From positions 124,001-188,000 of IMG/VR virus record IMGVR_UViG_3300037502_002993: a stretch of DNA of 64,000 bases, one strand, 5' to 3'. Positions within the stretch are counted from its first letter, which is position 1, and every line of letters starts with the position of its first letter. Below, one piece after another: positions 38,996-48,798 of this stretch. The translations under genes and the position numbers were made by a program. The notes beneath the pieces were generated by a model, which worked only from the letters and a program-made list of their open reading frames with translations, did no database searches and had not been told where the DNA came from.

Positions 38996-40756
38996 ATGGC
39001 ACAGCAGAAGTTTGATATCTTTTTTCGACGTGTGGGGATTCGTGATCGGGCCCACCTTGCCCGACCGCGTCTGTTCCCATTTGGGGAGTTCGCCTTCCCG
39101 TTTGAGAGTATCTATCACTTTAACCAGAGCAATGTGCACAATGGACCGACCCGAAACGACCCTGTACTGCAGAGCGTGGCCGGTCGTGTGTTCATTGAAC
39201 ACGTCACTGAACTCTCCGCTACCGAGGGGAACCCCCGTAAGACTTCGATCAACGTTAGAATGTTGGAGAATGACTTCCGGCGCCGTAGTCGGGGCCTTCG
39301 CCCCTTGCGTCGTGATGAGGCACTGGCGATCAACCCCCGTAATCTGCTTGTTGTGAACTATGCCATGCTTTATCCGACCTACCGCTATACGGTGTCGTTT
39401 AAGGCGGAGTACTATCGCTGGGTTAACATCGCCAGTACCTTCTGGCAGCGGGTAGCGGATCTCCATCAGCGTTTCCGCTGGCATCAGTTCGTGGAGGTGG
39501 GTGTCCCTGAGCGGGTGCCTGGGTATGAGGATTTTCTTCGTATCAGTAATGGCATCACGGCAAAGTCGCTCGATGCCTTTGCCGAACCCGGTGCCTTAGA
39601 CCTAGTGGATCTGTGGCAGTGGATGGGGGAGTCCCGTGAGGCGTCAAACCTCGCCAAGGTGAAAGACCCCAGTCTGGTGAACCTGATCTTCCGGGTACGG
39701 GGTCATTTCTGTCTCATGAACCTGGGACTGATCGACCAGTGGCGCAAAGCCCCAGAGGGGGAGTTGGCCCTTGAAGGGTTTGGATTGGAAGAGTGGGAGG
39801 AGGTTGGTCAGGAGATCGCCTCACTGGAGAGTGTGCAAAGTGATATCTTAGCGCCCACTCAACTGCAACGGCTGTTTCTCGCCCTGCTAAGGCGTCTTGG
39901 GAAGGTACAGAGTGGAGAAGAGGGGGTAGCGGACCCTGAAGAGGAAGCGCCCGTAGAGCGCGCCCAGGAGGCACCTAAGCGCATTACCGTCGATCAGGGG
40001 GATGACGATCCTGAAGGTGCAACTTCATCAAGCGGTACTGTAGGGGAGGTCAGTTCGAAAAAAGAGGACGATGTTCTCTCACTGCCACCTTTAGACGATG
40101 CGCTTAAGTTCCCTGATTTCGATCAGGAACCCGAACCCCCTGCTGAGCCTGACCCGAAAAGTGTGACCTACCGACCAGAGCGAGTCACACCCCCGCGAGA
40201 AGAGCGCCCGGTAGTGGAGAGTGATGACACTGAGGGCGATTACAGTACGGCACTTAAGGCGTATGCCGATCAGCAACTAGAAGCGGGACTGATCACGGCA
40301 GGTGCGCATAAACGGATACTGGCCGAGGCAGAACACTACAAGACGCTACCCAACCCATACGGGGATGAAGGGACCTTAGGGGAGAGTCTTGAGATCACTC
40401 AAGAAGACCTCTCACTTGAGGATCGTGAGACCTTCCCTGACCGCGATACCATCATTGACAAATCCATGCTGAAGAGCTCTCCACGGGAAATGACCCGGAA
40501 GTACGTGGAAAAGACCCTTAAGAAAGACGTCATGAATGCCGTGTTGGCAGCGACTCAGCACCAACAGGTGGTGATCAAGCGGTATAACGTGGAAGTGGTT
40601 CATGACAACATGAATCACTTTGAGGTCCACACGCTAACCTTGAAGCCCATTCATGGTCGGCAGTCCACTGTGCGGTTTCGTCTCCCCGTGGTAGATAAAG
40701 ACGGGCGTTTCATGGCAAATGGCCAGCGAAATCGGCTTCGTTTCCAGCGTGCGGAT
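38996..40756 (+). CDS. rpoB: Virion RNA polymerase beta subunit (phiKZ gp178-like), exon 1
   Basis: Ends RLRFQRAD on U40756; joins LPIRKI at 42305. Spliced product is 1442 aa (1761+1439+1129 nt including stop). Confidence 0.85.
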
Positions 40757-42304
40757 TAAAACTCTACCCTACTGTATAGTTTTTTCAGTAGAGGTAAGTG
40801 ATAATGGGACAACCACTTAAGTATACAACTGAAGATTTTATTGACACAGCTACCATGATGTTCGGTGACCACCTTAGCTACGAGAAAGCCGTTTATAGGG
40901 GTAAACGTCAGCGCCTTATTGTAACATGTACGCACCACGGGGAGTTCGATGTAAACCCACTGGTGTTTCTGATGAGTACCCACGGCTGCGCCAATTGTGC
41001 TAGGGATGAAACAAAAGAACGCTTCATACGTCGTTCTTTGGAACTTCATGGTGATCGTTACGACTATAGTCTCGTTGAAGTGGACGGATATACAGACCCT
41101 GTTACGGTTGTCTGTAAAACCCACGGTGCATTCGAAACATCTATTTACGGACATTCTGTAAGGGGCAATCAGTGTCCTAAATGTTCACGAGAACGCGACC
41201 GTACCTGCCCTAACGAGTGGATTAAAAAAGTTAAGAAGATCCACAAGGGTAAGTACGACTATAGTAAGGCAGTCTACATTCACGGTAAGTTGCCAGTTAC
41301 GATTATCTGTCCGCACCACGGGGAGTTCACCCAGCCAGCACGCTCCCACTACGCGGGACATGGATGTAAGCAGTGTCATATTCAGTTTGTTGCTAGGTCG
41401 AATAAAGAGAGATTTGTTAGGCAGGCCAAAGAAAAACATGGTGTTCAGTATGATTACAGCCGCGTAGTGTTTTTGACGACAAAGGAAAAGGTTGAGATAC
41501 TCTGTCGTAAACACGGACCGTTCTGGGTAACCCCGAACGCGCACGCATCTAGTGGCGCGGGCTGTCCACGCTGCATTGAGTCAAAGGGTGAACGAAGAAT
41601 TAGATTATTCCTAGGGAACCATAAAGTTCGGTTTATTCAGGAATATCGGATCGAACCCTTCAGGTATAGATACGATTTCTTCTTACCTGATTACAACTGC
41701 GTAATAGAACACCATGGTGGTCAGCACTACATGCCTGTTAAACGTTTTGGAGGGGAAAAAGCCTTTAAGCAATGTGTGCAGCGAGATAAGAACAAAAAAC
41801 ACATCGCAAAAAGGAAAGGGATTACTTATCGAGTCACTAACTACAAAATGATGAACAACAGCAAACTCGAAAAGAATTTAACCCGCATCCTTCTAGAACT
41901 CGGTCACTCTCTCGACCACTAACCCATTATTACCTATGGTCCGCTTAAAACCCCCCTAACTGCGGGAACCTGCTAATGATGCTGTTACTACCACTTGTCG
42001 GGGGAAACCCACGGCAACACCCACTCCAGTAATGGAAGTAGTGGGCAGGGTAAAAACGTAACAGCTAGGCACAACCGACGCAACGAAGTCCCTACGTTGG
42101 TCAATCGACCAATATGGGATGTGTTCAGAGGCCATCGAAAACTACAGCTTGTTTAATGCAAGCCTAATGACACAGGTATAGAACCCTGTGGTCTCCACGG
42201 AGATTAAAGTGAGTAGAGTAGCTGATTTCTATATCGGCGAAACGGGGGGCTTCTGTTTGCTATTCACGAACCAGAAGAAGATATGGTCCAATTTGAATTG
42301 ATTG
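40757..42304 (+). mobile_element. Group I intron (1548 nt) carrying a homing endonuclease in the P1 loop
   Basis: Exon ends in U and intron ends in G. Core elements P (AACTGCGGGAA), Q (ACCGACGCAAC), R (GTTCAGAGGCCAT) and S (AAGATATGGTCC) are present. IGS GTCCGC at 41939..41944 pairs with exon GCGGAT. Confidence 0.88.
40804..41922 (+). CDS. Intron-encoded homing endonuclease: four DUF723-like Cys/His repeats plus C-terminal Vsr/DUF559-like (EDxHD-type) nuclease
   Basis: Repeats Y..V.Y......V.I.C..HG.F...P..H..G..CP.C; C-terminal ESKGERRI...YDFFLP...IEHHGGQH; visibly more AT-rich than the flanks. Confidence 0.8.
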   Translation: MGQPLKYTTEDFIDTATMMFGDHLSYEKAVYRGKRQRLIVTCTHHGEFDVNPLVFLMSTHGCANCARDETKERFIRRSLELHGDRYDYSLVEVDGYTDPVTVVCKTHGAFETSIYGHSVRGNQCPKCSRERDRTCPNEWIKKVKKIHKGKYDYSKAVYIHGKLPVTIICPHHGEFTQPARSHYAGHGCKQCHIQFVARSNKERFVRQAKEKHGVQYDYSRVVFLTTKEKVEILCRKHGPFWVTPNAHASSGAGCPRCIESKGERRIRLFLGNHKVRFIQEYRIEPFRYRYDFFLPDYNCVIEHHGGQHYMPVKRFGGEKAFKQCVQRDKNKKHIAKRKGITYRVTNYKMMNNSKLEKNLTRILLELGHSLDH

Positions 42305-43743
42305 CTTCCAATTCGTAAGATCTCTCCAAGCAGGGTTGCTCTCACCTCTTACTATAATAAAACGTTTGTCGACCGCTCTTCTCGCTCTACGAATAACTTT
42401 GCTCAATGGGTCACACGCCAAATGACCCAGATCGGACTTGATCCGGATAACGACCAGATCACTAACCTGAAGTTAGGTAATGCGTTTGATCAGTCCATTG
42501 AAGTGCCAAGGGTTTACTCCTTGCTCTCAGCGCGCTTTACGCAATTTGCCGTAGGGCCACTACAGTTCTACTTGAGCTACCATAAACGAGCTGCTCATTT
42601 TGAACAACATGGGATACGGGTAGAACAGGTAGAGAAAGAAGGGCGAACGGTAATCGGGATGGATCGTGAGTCATTAAGTCCCATCACGGTAGATGCCAGT
42701 GACACTTTCTATCTGGGCGATGAGCCCTTAGGTACTCTGTGTCAGGTAGTGGGACTTCCCGAAGCCAAAGCACCGCTGGATATCGCGGAGGTAGGGGTTT
42801 CCAATAAGGTCATCCCGGTGGGGTTGGTGCTGGCTTACCAGATGGGGCTGTCTAAACTCATCGAGAAACTTAATTGTGATGTGGCCAGACACCGACGGGG
42901 CAGTCGGTTTGAAATGGCCGATGATGAGTACAGTGTGGTCTTTCAGGATGAGGTGCTTGTCTTCTCGCGGTTGGATCGACGGGCCTCACTGGTGTTGGCG
43001 GGACTGAATCGCTATCACCGCGCCCTACGGCAATTCAGTGTCTGGGACTTTGATCGTAAAGACGTCTACCACAACGTCCTTCTGGATCAGGGCCTTGGGG
43101 TGCGCTACCTGCGGGAAATCGATACCCTCTTTAATGTCTGGGTTGATCCCATCACAAAAGGACTCCTGGAGGAGATGGGGGAACCCACTGACTTTGGAGG
43201 ACTGCTCCTCAGAAGTGCTGACCTACTGCTACACGACCACGCTCCCAATGAGGTAGAAGGGGAGTACATGCGCTATCGGGGGTATGAGCGCATGGCAGGG
43301 ATGGTCTATGGGGAGCTGGCGAGGGCCTGCAAAGCCTATCACGCGCGCAGTCACTACGGTGATGCTGCAGTGGATCTAAATCCCCACCAGGTGTGGCAGC
43401 GCATTGTGGGTGACCCCTCATCCATGATCGTGGAGGAAGCCAACCCCTTTACGGTGGTCAATGAACAGGAAATCATGACCTATCGTGGAGATGGCGGTCG
43501 TAGTGGTAAGTCCATGGTGAAGCGGACGCGTATCTACTCTGACACTGATGTCGGGGTAGTGAGTGAATCCACCCTAGATTCGGGAGATGTCGGGGTAGTG
43601 GCGTACCTGGCCCCTGATGCGAACTTCACCTCCACTCGGGGATTGACCCGACGTTACGATAAAAGTAAGGATGGCGCAGCAACCCTCCTATCCACTGCTG
43701 CACTCAATGCCCCTTGTGCGGACAGAGATGACGCCAAGAGAAT
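42305..43743 (+). CDS. rpoB: Virion RNAP beta subunit, exon 2
   Basis: LPIRKISP...SESTLDSGDVG...ADRDDAKR-AT; continues exon 1 in frame after splicing. Confidence 0.85.
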
Positions 43744-44203
43744 CCGATAAGTTGGTTCCCCCAGCAGGTAACTGTTGGGTAAACACTCCTCTAATTGCTG
43801 GGACCTCTCGTAAGACCTTAGGTACGATCCCGTTCCGAAAGGAAGCCATGGATAGCCGGGCCTGTAAGAATCCTAAGGATAGAGACAACCATGCAGCGAA
43901 GTCCCTAAGCCTACTCAACGAGTAGGGATGGGATGTGTTCATCGACTATCGAAAGGCGCCCATTAGGGCGAACTGAGTAGAGTAGGGCCAAGCGGTAGGC
44001 CGCTAACGTGGAATGGCGTTAGTTATAAGTCCTTTAAACCGAAACGGGGAGCTTCCTACTTGTTAAGAGAGGAAGAAGATATAGTCAGTCCTTTAGCGAG
44101 AGTTAAAGGTAACCATGGAGTGGTTAGCTCGATCTAGCGAATCGGGTTTGGAAAGGGAAGGAGGATTTCACCCAATTAGGGTGATCTTCATCTGTGTACA
44201 GCG
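43744..44203 (+). ncRNA. Group I intron (460 nt), no endonuclease ORF
   Basis: P (AATTGCTGGGA), Q (CCATGCAGCG), R (GTTCATCGACTAT) and S (AAGATATAGTC); removal restores DDAKR-I-NFISVQ; exon GAAU pairs with GUUC at 43755..43758. Confidence 0.88.
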
Positions 44204-45332
44204 CAACTTTATCTCAGTGCAAGCAAGACAGGGCATTTGGGCGGAAGGGTATACGGTCACGCCACTAAGGACGGGGTATGAACAGGTACTGGCCTCACGG
44301 GTAACAGATCTGTTCGCGACCATGGCACAGCAAGATGGGAAGGTTACGTCAGTGGAAGAGAATTCCATTGTGGTGACCTATAAGGATGGGACGCAGGAGA
44401 AGGTCCTTCTTGGGAAGCGCTACGGTAAAGCCGCTGGGTATACCTACCCACAGACCTTGGTAACGGATCTAAAGGTAGGGGATAAGGTTAAGTCAGGTGG
44501 GGTGATTGCGTATAATCGTAACTATTTCATGCCTGATACCTTTAATCCCGGTCATGTGGTATTGAAAGCGGGGGTAATGTGTAAGGTGGCCCTGATGGAC
44601 CCCATCGATGCTTTGGAAGATGGGTCTGTTATCTCTGAGGAGATCGCCAAGCAGTTCACCACGCAAACCAGTGAGGTCAGGACCCTGCAAGCGCGTTTTG
44701 ATCAGTCTGTCAGGGACCTAGTGAAAGTCGGCGATCATGTGGACTTGGATTCCATTCTATGCATTATTGAAGACCCGGAGATCCGCGATAATCCCCTGTT
44801 CAATGACATTGCCATGGATACCTTAAGAAAGCTCTCTTCCCACACCCCACGAGCAAAAGTGACAGGGGTGGTGAGCCGAGTTGAGGTGTTCTATCATGGT
44901 GAGTTTGAGGACATGTCAGAGTCCCTTCAAGGTGTGGCGGGTCAATCCAATCGTCGTCGCCGTCAAGAGGCCAAGGCCTCAGGGCAGCCCGCTTTCGATG
45001 GTCAGGTGGATACGGGCTTTCGTATCCGTGGGGCCGCCCTTGATCCGGATAGCGTGGCCATTCAGGTGACCATTGATCATGACGTGGGGGTAACTGCGGG
45101 GGATAAGTTGGTGTACGCCAGCCAGCTGAAGTCCGTCATTTCTCGTGTCATGACGGGTCGTAATGAAACCGAAAGCGGTGAAGCCATCGATGCCCTCTTT
45201 GGTAACACCTCTGTGGAGGATCGGATGGTGTTGTCCCCCAAACTCATGGGCACCACCAATACCCTACTCCGGGTCCTTTCCCAACATATCGCATCTGTCT
45301 ATCGAGGACGTAGTGATGTCAAGAGACCGTAA
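44204..45332 (+). CDS. rpoB: Virion RNAP beta subunit, exon 3
   Basis: NFISVQ...LRTGYE...EDGSVISE...GDKLVYASQLKSVI (GDK motif of beta). Confidence 0.85.
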
Positions 45333-45525
45333 GAAGATCAGTCCCGATCTCCTCTACACGCAAAACCTGGCCGTGGTCAGTGCCGCCCTTGAATTGGGCG
45401 GCTGTGTCCTGTGTGAGGTCGCCGGTGGCGAAGAGCTCTCCAATCGCCTCAATGATAAAACCCATGAGAAGAAGGACTTCCAGGAACTCCTGGCAGCCCG
45501 CCTGATGGTCAAACTGGGAGTCTGA
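45316..45525 (+). CDS. Small hypothetical protein
   Basis: ATG 45316 with GAGG SD; 69 aa. Confidence 0.55.
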   Translation: MSRDRKKISPDLLYTQNLAVVSAALELGGCVLCEVAGGEELSNRLNDKTHEKKDFQELLAARLMVKLGV

Positions 45526-45528
45526 ATC

Positions 45529-47001
45529 ATGCTGTCACCCTGTACTATCCATAATGCCCGTCAGGTAGCCACCTCACTGACGGAAGCCAAACGTGAAGCC
45601 CGCGCTAAATCCAGCCACTACCCACTAGGGCAGTTGACCGACCGCCTTGAAGTCGGGGCCCCGATGCTCAAGCGCAGTGTGAACTATGAGGGGTATGAAA
45701 AACTCACCCAGCGTTTTAAAGAAGTCAATGAGGTGACCAGTGCGCAGAGCGAAGAGTTCTTTCGTGATCTGGTGAAGGTGACCAGTGACGGGGTGAACAA
45801 CATGCTCCACCTGTCGCGTAATGTGGTGGTTCCGCTGATCAAGCGCTGCGCGCAAGATGTTCAGTACTACTTTGAGGACCGCCATCCGGAACTCAAAATC
45901 CAGCCGGTCTCACTGACCCCCTTGTTGCAGTCTGACGTCCTGCTGCAGCACCTTCAGGATTATCCAAAACAATACGGGGTTAAGGAAGAGTACAAGACCT
46001 TTATCCTGGCACCCCCCACCATTGAGCAACTGCGCGAATGGGCCGCCCAGACCCCGCACATTGAGAGTGATCTCATCAAGCGCTGGCTTGGGAAGGTGGA
46101 GGATGAGGATCTGCTTGGGGTATTCAGTACCCTCTTCAATGACAAACGCGTACTGAATGTGGACGACCTTTACTTTGCGCGTCCCCACACTCTGGTATGG
46201 CATGCCGATCTCCTGCTCTTTGCCTACTTCCTGACCAGCTACCTGCGGGATAACCCCCAGGACACCGTTGATGATGGAGCCAGTCTTGCAGAGTGGGAAA
46301 CCGCACTGGGAGACCTTCACGGTTATATGGGTCTGCGCCTGATTGAGCTTAATGAGCGCCGGGCTCGTCTGAAACGCGAAGGGCGCCTGGTCCTGAATTA
46401 TGATGATCGGGTAGCGGGTGATGGCATGCATGTGTACATCAACCCCGATCTGGTGGATGAGTGGCAGGCCAAAGGGGGCACCGCTGGCATGTTGCTGGCG
46501 GCGGGTTACGTCGACCCCATGCTGACCCGCATCGATGCACTCATGGCAGAGAAGGACGCCCTGGAGGCCTTTTGGGCACGCAAACACAAAGCCCTGAAGA
46601 TGCATTCCAACGCCGCCAATAAAGCCAATCGTCGTGGTCACTATCGCATGATCATGGAAACCACGTCAGGTGATGGGGAAGACGGTCTCCCTAAGGTGGG
46701 GCATGACGTGTGGAAGGAGCGTCTTAACGACTCCCTGGCAGCGCTCTCTGAAGATGACATGGAGAAGCCCTATTACGCCATCACGGAGTTGGTGTGTGAC
46801 TGCTACTTTCCTGGAACGGCCATTAAGGACTTCCTGAGGACCATGGAACGTTGTGGGGTGGATATCCATGCCCGTGAAGCAGCTACATTCGCTACCGTTG
46901 AGGTACTCGCCTCCTGGATGGCAGAGCAGATCAAGGTGGAGGCGGTTGAGCTTGACCTTGCAGGGGAAGAGAACGGCAAGCAAGTGCTCGCCAACGCTTA
47001 A
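45529..47001 (+). CDS. Conserved phiKZ-like hypothetical / virion protein
   Basis: 490 aa in the operon between gp178-like and gp175-like genes. Confidence 0.6.
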   Translation: MLSPCTIHNARQVATSLTEAKREARAKSSHYPLGQLTDRLEVGAPMLKRSVNYEGYEKLTQRFKEVNEVTSAQSEEFFRDLVKVTSDGVNNMLHLSRNVVVPLIKRCAQDVQYYFEDRHPELKIQPVSLTPLLQSDVLLQHLQDYPKQYGVKEEYKTFILAPPTIEQLREWAAQTPHIESDLIKRWLGKVEDEDLLGVFSTLFNDKRVLNVDDLYFARPHTLVWHADLLLFAYFLTSYLRDNPQDTVDDGASLAEWETALGDLHGYMGLRLIELNERRARLKREGRLVLNYDDRVAGDGMHVYINPDLVDEWQAKGGTAGMLLAAGYVDPMLTRIDALMAEKDALEAFWARKHKALKMHSNAANKANRRGHYRMIMETTSGDGEDGLPKVGHDVWKERLNDSLAALSEDDMEKPYYAITELVCDCYFPGTAIKDFLRTMERCGVDIHAREAATFATVEVLASWMAEQIKVEAVELDLAGEENGKQVLANA

Positions 47002-47015
47002 TGGGAGTGTGACCG

Positions 47016-47738
47016 ATGGATGTGACCACCCTAGTGCGTGATCCGGATTATATCACACGCCACCTGGTCGTAACTGATGGGGGTGGGGTGGTCACTCGCC
47101 GCCCCACCAAGATCATGATTCCTGAACGCTACGCTGAACGCCATCTCGCCTCCCTAGGGGGCGAGACGTATATTCTCGGACTGTTTGGGATCATTATGGA
47201 TGAGAAGTACTATGGGGTTTCCTTTGTGAACGCCATGGTGCGCATTACCCCAAGCTCCACCACCACAGTAGATGTTGGCGGAGATGCCTATTTGGAGTTT
47301 TCATTTGAACCAGGGGACCAGGTCATCTATAGTTTAGACCTGGTGAAGAACGACATTCTGACCTTTTACATCTACGATGAACATGTGGCGAAGGGCAGAA
47401 TCCCTTGGTACATGAATTACCTAGATCTGGCCTATCTGTTTGACAGCGCCAAAGAGCATGCTGGGATGAACTTGGGTAACCGTGCTGTATTGGAGCTGAT
47501 GCTCTCCACCATTGCCCGCGACTCCAATAATGTCGGGGCGTTGTATCGCCACATCATGCAGGGTCTCACTTACGTTTACCAAATCCCCCCGAAATGGATA
47601 CCATTTAGAAGCGTGATCTGGAACACCAGTGATACCACGAGTAAATTGATCGGGGGGTATTTCAGTGATGCCGTAACGTCAGCCCTGGTCAACCCTAGTG
47701 AGCGGGTAGAGCGGATTGAGGGACTTTTGAGGACGTGA
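47016..47738 (+). CDS. Conserved phiKZ-like virion structural protein
   Basis: 240 aa; GGAG SD; context. Confidence 0.6.
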   Translation: MDVTTLVRDPDYITRHLVVTDGGGVVTRRPTKIMIPERYAERHLASLGGETYILGLFGIIMDEKYYGVSFVNAMVRITPSSTTTVDVGGDAYLEFSFEPGDQVIYSLDLVKNDILTFYIYDEHVAKGRIPWYMNYLDLAYLFDSAKEHAGMNLGNRAVLELMLSTIARDSNNVGALYRHIMQGLTYVYQIPPKWIPFRSVIWNTSDTTSKLIGGYFSDAVTSALVNPSERVERIEGLLRT

Positions 47739-47739
47739 T

Positions 47740-48561
47740 ATGAAAACACGCTATTTGAGGGGCACTCGTGCACAGTTAAATGCCCTAAATCTCCCTGAGG
47801 GGAATTTAGCTATTGATGTAGAAACCAAGGCTTTACGGTTCTTTGATGGAGAAACCCAAGGCGGCTTTGAGGTCCTGGGAACACGGGCCTATGAGCCCTC
47901 ACCTCCTGGACCCACTGAGTTAATTGCGGGTGATTTAACCACTGGTTTTTATGGCGAGGTGGGGCCTGAGGAGTTCATCACCTACGGTGCCCTGAGTACC
48001 TTGGTTGGGTTGAGTGCGGGGACCCTCCAGCATGATGCTGAATCCCTCTGGCTGAAGTTCTCCCTCGATGGGTCCCCGCTGTACGTCATGAAGAAGCCTG
48101 CACGACACACGGTGTCGTGGGATCAGCTGCACGCAGCGGGCCTGGTCTTTGGGACCAACACGGTGGAGGTCCAAGGACTCACCTACCAGGTCCGCCTGCT
48201 GCGCGGTGCTGCCTCCGACCCCACCACCGATGACATCGGCTTCGACATCCCCACCAGTCATGGGTCGGAGTGGAACCGGTTACTGTACCCCATCCACAGT
48301 GGGGTCCACACCAACACCAATAACCCCACGGTGCACACTGACCCCACTGCTGCGCCTTTTGGGAGCTGGGCACAGTACAGTGACAGTGATTTGGTATTAC
48401 GTGATACCGACAATGGTCGCCTCACCTGGTGTCAAGAAACCGCCGCCACCAGCACCCAGCGCGTGTATCGTGGTAATCCTGGTGTTACGACCTTGTTTCG
48501 CAATACCTCTTCGACTACGCGTTCGGATGTCGGTTGGAGAGCAGTCCTCGTGCCGGTATAA
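47740..48561 (+). CDS. Mtd-like receptor-binding protein, paralogue 3 (DGR-type target)
   Basis: 273 aa; same core; ends with the B-type tail RAVLVPV*. Confidence 0.75.
   Translation: MKTRYLRGTRAQLNALNLPEGNLAIDVETKALRFFDGETQGGFEVLGTRAYEPSPPGPTELIAGDLTTGFYGEVGPEEFITYGALSTLVGLSAGTLQHDAESLWLKFSLDGSPLYVMKKPARHTVSWDQLHAAGLVFGTNTVEVQGLTYQVRLLRGAASDPTTDDIGFDIPTSHGSEWNRLLYPIHSGVHTNTNNPTVHTDPTAAPFGSWAQYSDSDLVLRDTDNGRLTWCQETAATSTQRVYRGNPGVTTLFRNTSSTTRSDVGWRAVLVPV
48463..48537 (+). repeat. DGR-like variable region VR3
   Basis: See VR1 alignment. Confidence 0.8.
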
Positions 48562-48716
48562 CGTCACCGTCACACGGACCACTCACCAGTCCGGGAGAGC
48601 GGCGTGAGTGCCCATCAGTTATCTAAGATGGGGACGAGTGCCGCTCACCAGTGGGGGCGTGCCGCATCGGGTCACTGGCGTGCCCCGCGTAAGCGTGGGG
48701 TCCCTGTGACCTGTTA
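48535..48716 (+). repeat. Hairpin unit array (B - inverted A - Y)
   Basis: 48597..48646 is the reverse complement of unit A (47/50 identical). Confidence 0.85.
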
Positions 48717-48798
48717 ACATCAACAACCACCGTAGGGGGTGGTCGAGGACTCAAGTGACGCCTTGATCCGGCCACCCTGCTCTTTGGGAGACTTGGTA

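Noticed and set aside
42302-42304. TTG start for a separate 482 aa protein
   Set aside because: The G is the terminal G of intron 1; the exon begins at CTT 42305.
44115-44203. ATG 44115 as the start of a separate 405 aa protein
   Set aside because: The first 30 codons lie in the 3' part of intron 2; splicing gives a continuous beta subunit of the expected size.
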